A stretch of 64,000 nt of DNA, from the NCBI RefSeq assembly GCF_006345805.1, contig NC_043009.1:52080001-52144000 (forward strand). The letters are read 5' to 3'. Source of the stretch: Octopus sinensis. Its lineage: Eukaryota. This document shows, in pieces, positions 53,652 to 64,000 of this stretch. Made by a program: the position numbers and the translations under genes. The number at the start of each line of letters is the position of its first letter. Positions within the stretch are counted from its first letter, which is position 1. Under the pieces are notes generated by a model. The model made no database searches. It was not told where the DNA came from and saw nothing but the letters and a program-made list of their open reading frames with translations.

Positions 53652-53775
53652 TTGCTGTGGCTTTTCGTCCTTTCGAAGGTGATCAAAGAATTACCAGTTA
53701 AGCACTGGAGTCGAGGTAATCGGCTAGCACTCTCTCCCAAAATTTTCAGACCTTGTGCCTGTAGTACAAATGATT
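53652..53775 (+). mobile_element. SINE of the second family, 3' part
   Basis: TTACCAGTTAAGCACTGGAGTCGA..CCCAAAATTTTCAGACCTTGTGCCT; homologous to 17541-17702. Confidence 0.7.
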
Positions 53776-53808
53776 GTTATTATTATTATTATTTTATTAT
53801 TATTATTA

Positions 53809-53850
<42 letters not shown>

Positions 53851-53864
53851 CATCATCATCATCA

Positions 53865-55076
53865 TTCAGTAGTTTTATTTTTATAACGTGCTTTTACTTC
53901 ACTACCGAGCGCAGCTCTGTGTGCCTTGGGTACGTGCCGTGGTTTGCTGTGATGCTCTTATGGTTACTGTATTGAACGTGTTTTGCGTAGGATGTGTACA
54001 GTGCCCAGTAGTGAAATTTTCTGTACGTTATATATATTTGTAAGGCATGGTGTTTTGTTATGTAGTTGTCTGAATATTTTTTATCATATCTAATGCGCCC
54101 ACTATGATAGGAATTGTTTCCGTTTTTATATTCCACATTCGAGCTACCTCTATTTCCGGGTCTTTGTATTTTGAAAGTTTCTCCATTACTTTTAGAGAAA
54201 CGTTGTCATCTGCTGGTATTGATGCATCAATTAGAAAGCATTTTTTTCTTCATGATCTCTGACAACTATATCTGGCCTATTGGCCTTCATTTTTCTATCT
54301 GTGTGTATTGGTATAACCCAGAGTATGGTTGCTTTCTCGTTTTCTGTGACCTGTTCTGGCGTGTGTTTATACCAACTTTTTCTGATGTTATTCCATAGTG
54401 TTGGCATAGCTTCCAGTGTATGTAGGTCCCAAATCTATCGTGTTTGTGAATATATTCCTTCTTACCCAGGATTGAGCAGCCAGAGATAATATAATTTATT
54501 GTTTCTTGTCCATCCCCACATATTCAGCATTTAATTGTTATGTTTCTTTTCATTATATGGTTTTTGTAATTTCTGGTGGGCAGGCTTTGGTCTTGTGCAG
54601 GAATAAAAAATCTTTCGGTCTCTGCTTTGAGTCCTCAGTTTCTCAACCATTGCTGGGCTTTTTCTCCGTCTATTTCTTTTGCATTTCGTTTGGCCCAGTA
54701 TTTGCCATGAAGGGGCTTTTCTTGCCATCATTTTATCATAGTCCCTTGCTGTTCTAGTTTAGTTATAGCTTTTATTGTTTCTTCTTCTTCTTCATATTTG
54801 TTAGGTAATATGATTTCTTGTTTGTATTTGTTAGGTAATATGATTTCTTGTTTGTATTTGTCAGCTTCCTTAAATACTGAAAACAGTTTTTTGTTTTGCT
54901 CCTGTTTTGTGGCTATTTGTATTAGTTTTCCTTGCTTCTGAAGTAGGTATTTTTGCAGTCCTATGCTGGTTATTTTATAATAGTTTTCAAGCTGTATAAG
55001 GCCTCTACCACCTTCTATACGTTGTATGTATACCCTTTCCATGTCAGATTTTGGATGGTGCTTCCTAGATCCTGTT
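53865..55076 (-). mobile_element. R4/Dong-type (restriction-like endonuclease) LINE, 5'-truncated 3' portion
   Basis: Minus strand reads HHPKSD..RVY..GGRGL, WQEKPLHGKY, AQDQSLPTRNY, zinc knuckle C.ICG..QETINYIISGC, RLE motifs RPDIVV..LIDASIP..KLSKYKD and LLGTVHILRK; short 3' UTR, then a (GAT)n(AAT)n tail. In-frame 30-bp tandem duplication at 54795-54854. Confidence 0.92.
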
Positions 55077-55099
55077 ATTAATATTATTATTATTATTAC

Positions 55100-55173
55100 T
55101 ATTGGTGGTGGTGGTGGTGGTGGTGGTGGTGGTGGTGGTGGTGGTGGTGGTGGTGGTGGTGGTGGTGGTGGTG

Positions 55174-55231
<58 letters not shown>

Positions 55232-55240
55232 CAGCAGCAG
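55100..55240. repeat. (GGT)n(AGT)n(AGC)n tract between the GPCR stop and the R4 element
   Basis: Directly visible. Confidence 0.95.
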
Positions 55241-55270
55241 CGTGAATGTTGAACTCATAAACATCTTTCT

Positions 55271-56466
55271 TCATAGTCGGTTATTCTTTGATAAGATATT
55301 CTTAAAGTATTTCAGATGGAATTCTCTAGAAATGAAACTGATTTCCTGTTTTTGCGAAGTGCTAGGTTTAACTTTAACTTTTTTCGTGTATTTACAATGT
55401 GAGAAACACCGAAATATTGCGACTGATTCTTTACGAAACTGTTTACTTGTAACTATATACCAGAGAAAATTCATGCTGTGGTGAGTTAGGAAAGGAGTCG
55501 AAGGTATGAAAATGTTTTCGACGTTTTGTAACCGTCGTGGGAGACATCGTATAAAATATTTACCGAGACAGGTGTACATGTTAGGAAAAAAAAAATATTA
55601 TTATAGACAACCATTCTAGTATTAGCGGATATCCGACGCCTTCGGGAATCTAAAGTACTTGTTTGGCATAACAAAGGTCTAGAGAGTATCGTGCGTATAA
55701 TCAGTACATTACATATCATCATAATAAGTGATGGAATGATGCTGTGTAGGAATATACGTAGCCAGTTATCAAAATGTTCAACGAAGTAGAGATAATTTAT
55801 GGAATTCAGAGTGCACTTGCCTAGTTCAAATAAATGTGATTCGCTGGGAAAATCCAATGTGATGTTGCTTTTTGATTCGGTTACGTTGGCGTGTTTGCTA
55901 GAATAATTCTGGCTTATGTTGACTAGTAACAGTTGCTGCGACTTTGTCGTGTCTCCCATGCCAATGAGAAAATGGGAATCATACACTGCGAGTATAAAAA
56001 ATGTCACTGTGATTTTTACTAAGCTAGCACGAGGATGGATTTGAACGTGACTACTCAGTGGCTTAGTTACAAACATCATCTTCTCGAGGGATATGAGAAC
56101 TAAATTCCAAGATGAGCAATCTATGAAATACGAAGAGAAGAATTGACCTGTTTTACATAAGAATTCATTCAGTTTTGTCACATGGATACCAAACGTGTAT
56201 GCTAGCCATTTACGGAACAAGGTGCATATAACAGCCCCCATATCAACAGTAAGTTGAGATAAGAGGTAAATGTTAAGTCTTTGCACTTTCATCGATGCTC
56301 GAGTGAGAATGTACATAGAAATCATGTTACCTGAGAGTCCGAAAATCAGAAGAAATCCACCAAACCAAATCCATAACCCGACAGCAACGACATTATCATG
56401 AATATATTGATCTAGTTTATCACTAGAAATTGTTTCTTTGTTGTTCAAGACAGCAGAGGAATCCAT
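55271..56466 (-). CDS. Intronless class A (rhodopsin-like) GPCR, peptide-receptor-like (FMRFamide-receptor/GPR139-142-like group); frameshifted at about 55491 as assembled (sequencing error or young pseudogene)
   Basis: ATG at 56466 (the track's 56490 start is a GTG). TM1 FGLSGN, TM2 TVD, TM3 LCK..SSWNLVLISLEK, TM5 IIP, TM6 FFFLTCTP. TM7 and helix 8 (HHSMNFLWYIVTSKQFRKE) are in the overlapping frame (ORF 55271-55579). One added base gives a 398-aa 7TM protein. Confidence 0.88.
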
Positions 56467-57457
56467 AATGGCCTTATTTTTTATGATCACTTACAGTTTT
56501 ACAAAAATATATAGAACTAAATAATGGATTGTTACATATAATACATGATTATACATAATTCTCAAACAACGGCTACTAATATCGAATCCAGTGTTGTTGT
56601 TCGATTCGAGAATATTGATGATGTTGAAAAAGTTTCTGGCTTTTAAAAACGATCGTCGTTGTTGATGTAGGTACAGCTGCTGCTGCTGCCGCTGCTGCCG
56701 CTGCTGCCGCTGCTGCTGCTGCTGCTGATACTGCTGCTGCTGCTGTGGTTGGTGTTGTTATTGACGTTTAGTTGCTGATCAATTCAGAATGAAAAATACA
56801 AATGAGCAAGAACATGAAGGCCGTGAATCTGCTTCTCTTTTCATTTGTGTTTATTTGATTTCACTAAAGTGTTCTGTGTGAATTTTCTTTCAATCTCTTA
56901 CGTTAGAGCTTTAATGCATGCATTAAGACGGATATACATGCTATATATACGATAAGGTCATATCAACAGGAGGGTCTCTTCCTTTATAATTGCTACCCTT
57001 TTTGTCAGGTTCCCCAGTTCAGTGAGTAACAAAGAGAAATCACATGCCGCAACGGAATTGGTATCAAGAATGCCATATTACATCATAAAGTGCCGAGAAT
57101 ATACTTCTGTCATTAAGACGTGTTTTTGTTTCATTGAACAAGATGTTTCAACAAATTCGAGTTTCTTCTTCGATTGGAACACACGTCTTGTATTACAGAT
57201 TTGGGACGCACATGAATTATCTTCTCCTTGAGAAAAGAACCTTAAGTGGGATTCATATGACCAGTCTGAAAGTTATGTTTTTCTTGCTGATACGAAGTCA
57301 CCACCTAAAACCAAAAAGAAAGAAAAGAAATTGCATCAATATACATATACGCATATATAGCACTATATACATGCATGAGTGCGTTTGTGTGAGTGTTTAT
57401 GTTTAAGTAGTGATATAATGAATATCCCATGTGTGTATACTAAACATACATACAGCC

Positions 57458-57503
<46 letters not shown>

Positions 57504-57710
57504 TTATGTATGTATGTATGTATGTATATGTATCTATATATGTAAGGATATATCTATGTATATATATATATATATGTGTGTGTGTAGGTATATAAATTAG
57601 AGAAGAACCACCATGTAGCAATTCAACAATGATATACTTAGATCATAATTTAGTATTAGTAAATTGATTTTTTCCCTGTAAGTTGGAAACATATTCCCTA
57701 ATATCATCAA

Positions 57711-57748
<38 letters not shown>

Positions 57749-58031
57749 AATATAATAATAAGACTAAATAATTTCTTTAATGTTTTTTTAATAAAACCAA
57801 CAATTATTTACAGGTAGATTTCGGGATGTAAATATAACCATTAACGGGAGGAACTTCTGTAAAGTTCAGTATATATATATTGTATATAAATAAAAGGGGC
57901 AGGCAACAGGTGCTTGGCCGCATACCGAAAATTAGAAATGGCAGCAAAAATAGAAATAAACAGTCTATGGATGCATTTCTAATTTTTCGGTATGCGGCCA
58001 AGCAACCTGTTGCCTGCCCCTTTTATTATAT

Positions 58032-58073
<42 letters not shown>

Positions 58074-58109
58074 AGATAGATAGACAGACAAACAGACAGA
58101 CAGACAGAG

Positions 58110-58146
<37 letters not shown>

Positions 58147-61117
58147 TTTTTCTTTATTAGCCACACAGGGCTGCACACAGATAGAACAAATTACAAGGTA
58201 GAGCTTTTCTTTTGAAGGTTTAAAAAAAAAAAAAAAAGGGGGGGGGGTCGATCAAAAGGGATCGTAAAGGAGAGAAAGAGGACAAAAAAGGGGGAGTTTA
58301 AAAAAAAGGGGGAGGAAAAAAAATTGATCAATAGGGATCGTTATCACAGAAATGTCAATATGAAGTGTAAAGGGGGAGGACAGGTGAGGTTTACCCGTGG
58401 AAAGAAAAGCCTACGGAAAAGACCACGGTAACCTCGGTCAATGAAGTCACATGTTATATTTCTTTTTTTTTTTGCAAATAAGCAACTCTCTGTATTAATT
58501 TTTACGGTTCATAGAATCATAGTCAAGGTGGCTTCGTCATTCATACGTGCCATCCTTGCTACATTCACCCATCTTTTTTTAAAACATTCACTAGACAAAA
58601 CTTGCCTCTCTACTCTCACTTTTTCTTAAGTGATACTTGAAGAAGTTGATGAGAGATTGACCAGAGAGGAAAGTGTTGTCTCTAATCCTTTCAGACGCGT
58701 CCACCAGATACATTATTTCGCCATAGCCACAAGTATGATAAAAATAGCTCTTCCTTCCCGTTTGAAGGATGGAGGGTGACGATATTAACGATAGACTCGG
58801 CTGATAAACTGACACGTCCCATCCCACACGTGACAGCAGTCGTTCGACATAAGCCCACAGGTGGGAAATTGCTGGACACTGCACGATTGCGTGCAGAGCG
58901 GTTTCGTCGCTCTGCCCGCATCTCGGGCAGGTCGGCCCCGTGTTTCTCGAGCCATGCCTATAGAGCTTATCCCGAACGGGTAGCGCTTCTCGGTAGCACC
59001 GCCAGGCCAGGGATCTCTGGAAGTTGTCCATAGGTCCCGGGCCGAAAGTCGTTTGAAACAGGCGGGTCAGGTTCCTCGTCGACGCCCAGGTTTGCCCCGA
59101 GCTCGTCGTCGTACCTCCCCTCCACTAATCCCCTATAGAATGCTTGGTTGTGTTGAAGTCACTCAACATCGACCCGGGACGGCAGAGTTGCTTGAGAGCA
59201 ACGCGACACTCGCGGTGCCATTCGCCCTTCTTCGGCCTCTTTCGATCCACGACTGTAGTTCGGTCATGGAGACGAGTTGCGGGAATGCGTGCCTCACAAA
59301 CGGCGACCACACCTGTTCACCGTCGTCTACACAGAGCCGGAGATGTCGCAGTCTCAGCGCGTGTCTGCGCATCATCAACCCACGGCATGCCCAGCCCTCC
59401 TTTTAACGGGTGTTGACAGCAAATGGATCGCCTGACCATCGGGACGCATCCTTTCCACAAGAAGCGGAAGAGGATGCGTTCTAGTTTGGTGATGGTAGGG
59501 TCGGGACAAGGTACGACGGTCAAGCGGTAGTAGATGATGGACGCGATGTACGCGTTCACCACCTCCGCCCGACCTTTTAGGGACAGTTTCCTCTCGGCCC
59601 ATTGCTGGGCGAGAGTGACCACCCTACTCGTTATCTCGTTCCAGTTCTTCTCCATTTGGAGGTCCGGACCGAACCAGACCCCGAGCAACTCAACCGGGCC
59701 GTCTGTCCAGCGTCCCACGACGGAGGTACTGGTGGACGGCATGGGCTTGCTTCTCCAGGTGCCGAGCCGCAAGCCCACTGACTTTTCCCGGTTGATTTTT
59801 GCTCCTGTCACCGCTTCGTAGTCTTTCAGTGTCTCGCCGACCAGCTCGATGTGCTCGTGGCTTGACACTATAACGGTGACGTCGTCCGCGTATGCAGACA
59901 CGCTCGTCCCGCATCCCAATTCTCGCGGATGCCCCTCAGAGTCGCCAGCTTCCGCAGTAGTGGCTCAAGAGTCAATACGTATAGAAGCGCCGAGAGGGGG
60001 CATCCCTGACGGACCGAACGTGCAATGTCGAAAGGTCTCGATAGATGTCCATTTACGCGAATTACCGAACGGATGCCCCTGTACAAGGCAGCTATCCAGC
60101 CGCGGAAGACGGGACCGAAACCAGCCGCTCTCAGGACTGCCTCCAAGTATCGTGGTCTACCCTATCAAAGGCTTTCGATTGATCCAAGTTGATCAGGGCC
60201 CCACCATGCCAGGTTCGTTAACTACCCTGTCTATGATGTAGCGCATCAGATGGAGGTTGTCATGGATGCTCCGGCCCGGCACGGCGCACGTTTGTGCGTT
60301 GTCGACCAGTTTCTCCATGACAAGCGCCAACCTCTTGGCTAACACCTTTGTCAAAATTTTCAGGTCTGCATTGAGCAGAGTGATTGGCCTAAAGTTATCT
60401 ATAAGTTTCCCTTGTTTGGATCTTTCTTCAGCAGAGTTACAGCTCCTCGACTCACAAAACCGGGTATGCTCCCGTTTTGCTGCCAGTTGCAGTATACCGC
60501 TGCCAAGACGTCACCAAACAAATCTGGCATACAATAGTAAAGTTCGTAGGGTAGACCATCCAAACCCGGTGATTTGTCCCTCGAGCATTCTGCCATCGCT
60601 TCCCGCACTTCCGCCGCCGTGATGGCACCTTCGCAGCACCCTGCCTTTCTTGTCGAGAGTCGTGGCAGGGCTATGTAGGTAGGCACTGAAGTCTACCCTA
60701 CGTTCTTGCCCTCCACTCGTCCCGAACAGTCGGGCAAAATGCTGCTGAAAGGCCTCACACATTTTACTTGGCTCGAGCAATTCGCGCCCCTGTTCATCTA
60801 CCAGTGACCGAATGGTGGCTTTGTTGCCTGTTGCGCCTCTGCCACGCGGGCCTCTCTCGCGGCTCCAACACCTTCGTTCCTTAGAGCACGCATAGTCCTA
60901 GCTGACAGCACATCCTTCGTGTTTGGCGTTGAAGTGTTGGTCGAGGGCCAACCTCGCCGCCAAAACGTCGGATGCGATGCCGCTTCTAATTGCCTCTTCT
61001 AGCTTCTTAACTAGCTCACCCTCTATTCTATTTCTATCTATGGCTAGTGCTTTGCTGTACCTAATCGCTTCTGCTTTTACTGCTCTCTTGAGGGCAAACC
61101 ACCATTTGTTGTTGATG
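58147..61117 (-). mobile_element. L1/Tx1-clade LINE, 5'-truncated (RT + C-terminal zinc finger), a few frameshifts
   Basis: KSPGLDGLPYE, RPITLLNADLKIL, NLDQSKAFDRVDH, SVRQGCPLS, SAYADD, GAKINREKS, HPLKGGLG and CPRCGQSDETALHAIVQC; polyadenylation-like AATAAAGAAAAA at the 3' end; (GATA)n on both flanks. Confidence 0.95.
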
Positions 61118-61121
61118 ATAA

Positions 61122-61251
<130 letters not shown>

Positions 61252-61498
61252 GTAGATATAGATTTATTCAAAGATATCAGATGCAGCTGTGCATCGTCAA
61301 CCAGATGGAGGAGATGTCCTCCTCTTGAGTTTAAAAAATCGCAGGAAAATCCGTTCTAACAGAAGAGGCATGTAGAAGTGGTTACCTCTTACTGCGATCA
61401 CCCTTAGAGAGATTTTAGAACTAGCTTTTTAGTTTATATTATATATATGCATAAATACACACAACACACAACATATATATATATATATATAATATATA

Positions 61499-61544
<46 letters not shown>

Positions 61545-62117
61545 CACACAAAACACACACACATACACACCTACTCATGGGCGCGCGCGCATGTATGTGT
61601 CCTATGTATATAGAGAGAGTGATGATGAATATTCCTTGACATTTATGGCCATTTACGTTATTGTCGTCCTTGTTATTGTTTATCAGTTCGTTTATGTTTC
61701 TGTTTCTTACTTTTGCTTACATGTTAAGCGAGTTCACCGATTTGAATGTATCTAAAGTGTTCGATACTGTTCGAAGTGTTTGAAGATTAATTAGCGACAC
61801 ACAGACTTTTGGCGAGAGACATTTAAATACGTTATGTAGCATGAAGCAAAAGAAACAAAAAATTAATAAAAAAAAAACGTTCAATAAATAGCTATTACAG
61901 GCGAACAAAATCGATTATGTGAATTCGCGAGTCTTTCAATATGATGCGTGGAATGTATGTGTTTATATGTATATATGTATGTATTATGTACATGTATATA
62001 TGTGTGTGTATGTGTGTGTATGAAGGCAGAGAGATACATGTGTGTGCACGTATGTATATATATATAAATATATATATATATATAATATACATACATATAT
62101 ATATATATACATTACAT

Positions 62118-62173
<56 letters not shown>

Positions 62174-62221
62174 TAATATATATACAGACATATATATATT
62201 TATATATATATATATATAGAG

Positions 62222-62280
<59 letters not shown>

Positions 62281-63060
62281 CACGTATATATGTATATACA
62301 TATTCATAACATATGTAGTATATAGATTGCGGGGAAGAAAGAGGGAAAGAGAGGGAATAGTTAAGGTGAAAGCTCTGAGTGATATTACACGAGATAAAAA
62401 AATCGTTTGATAAGGCCAAAACAACGAAAAATGAAGTTCAAAGCGAAAAACAAAGTGAAAACGGAAGCGTTCTTAGAGATTTACCTTACATTTCGATATC
62501 TTGGTTTATGACCCGTCCCTCAGAAGATGGACAAGAATGAAGGATGGAATAAGTCGTTGCTTACATACGTGGGAGAGAACAGTGATATGCGTATTCGTTT
62601 TGTTATAATAGCTAGTCGGGTTCTCTTTTCTCTTGTTTAGTGCAGGCATCTATTAATAAAGATGGATTCCTTGATTCTAAGTGTGCGATGAGTGGCCCCC
62701 GATAGATGCAGTGAAAACCTAGTCCAGGTACTTTGAACCAAATTAGTTTTAGCAAACAAACACATACACTCACACACACACAACACACGCACATAAGTAC
62801 ATATATTTATATATATGTGTTATTTGTCCTGTACTCTATTTTTTTGTTGTTTAAGAAAAAATTCCAGTTCCTTGAGTTTGTGTCTATGTTTTCGTTTCTC
62901 ATTGTGTTCGACGTTTTTTTGGTGTCCAGTACTCATATATGCGTGTATATATACATGTAGAGGTAGGTTCGTACATATATGTATATATATATGCATATGT
63001 TTTATTTATTAATATATTATATGACGGAACGCAGGCATCCCTTTCTAAGTAAGATTGTTC

Positions 63061-63096
<36 letters not shown>

Positions 63097-63579
63097 ACAC
63101 ACACACACACATTCGTATGTATGTGTATTCATGTAAGATTGTGTGTCTGTAATGTGAAATGTACTATGTATATTTAGAAAAAAGATATAGCGAGAGACAA
63201 AGAAAGAGAGAGCGAACCGAGCGAGAGAAAGTGAGTGAGAGAGACAATGTCAGCGAGGGGACTCACATTCCAGTGATTAAAATAAATCTAAATTTAAAAC
63301 CTAACTTGAAGACATTAATTTATTTAACGACTCATTTGGTGGAAAATTAATCTGTCGCATTATAGTGTCGCAAGCGCGTATCCAAACACCTAGGCATTAA
63401 AGATGCGACAGTTGAAACAGTAAAATATAGTATTTACATACCAAGGCTGTCTAATTCTCAGAAACTTTAGTGTCTTTAATCCTTTCATTCTAATATTTTC
63501 CTTGTCACAGACTCCTCTACTTATAGTTTTATTTTTTTTTCAGAGCTCATTTCTATATATATATATATACATATACACG

Positions 63580-63606
<27 letters not shown>

Positions 63607-63610
<4 letters not shown>

Positions 63611-63903
63611 CACGTGATCACGTGACCGACCAGACCATCAGATGTTGCTACACATCGCTGGTCACAATGCGTTCGCATTGTTTTAGCCTTCGAATGACGC
63701 CACCCCGTTGGCTAAGAGAGCAGGCCAACAGAAGAAAGAGAGAAAGAGTGGTGAAAGAGTACAGCAGGGATCACCACCCCCTGCCGGATCTTCGTGGAGC
63801 TTTTAGGTGTTTTCGCTCTATAAATACACACAACGCCCGGTCTGAGAATCGAAACCGCGATCCTACGACTGCGAGTCCGCTGCCCTAACCACTGGGCCAT
63901 TGC
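63607..63903 (-). mobile_element. tRNA-derived SINE (body Y, tail T3), near full length
   Basis: A-box TGGCCCAGTGG, B-box GGTTTCGATTC, palindromic tail, flanked by (AT)n. Confidence 0.92.
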
Positions 63904-63912
63904 ATATATATA

Positions 63913-63988
<76 letters not shown>

Positions 63989-64000
63989 GATATATATATA

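Noticed and set aside
54728-55264. Poly-Leu/poly-Pro ORF resembling a formin or signal-peptide protein
   Set aside because: It is an (ACT)n(ACC)n microsatellite read into the R4 LINE fragment.
63830-63903. tRNA-like sequences with A and B boxes (also near 8110, 34650 and 38930)
   Set aside because: They continue into SINE bodies and lack a full cloverleaf; they are SINE heads, not tRNA genes.

Overview
Eukaryotic, AT-rich DNA saturated with microsatellites and transposable elements. The tRNA-derived SINE families look like those of octopus genomes, so a cephalopod origin is inferred. One host gene is supported: an intronless class A (rhodopsin-like) GPCR on the minus strand (56466-55271), whose last helix is displaced by a single-base frameshift in a 3-nt homopolymer. 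The rest is mobile DNA: a ~4-kb decayed CR1-group LINE, a ~3-kb L1/Tx1-clade LINE plus a tandem pair of Tx1 3' ends, two R4/Dong-type fragments, an RTE fragment, two mariner remnants, about 20 SINE copies, a ~275-bp palindromic MITE-like element, and non-coding repeats carrying hammerhead-ribozyme-like motifs. The most unusual signals are (i) a retrozyme/Penelope-LTR-like unit with a conserved non-canonical hammerhead core in 5 copies, (ii) different LINE clades each sitting in a different microsatellite, (iii) mix-and-match SINE bodies and tails, and (iv) the frameshifted GPCR. Most ORFs in the supplied track are microsatellite artefacts. All alignments were made by eye; no searches were run.
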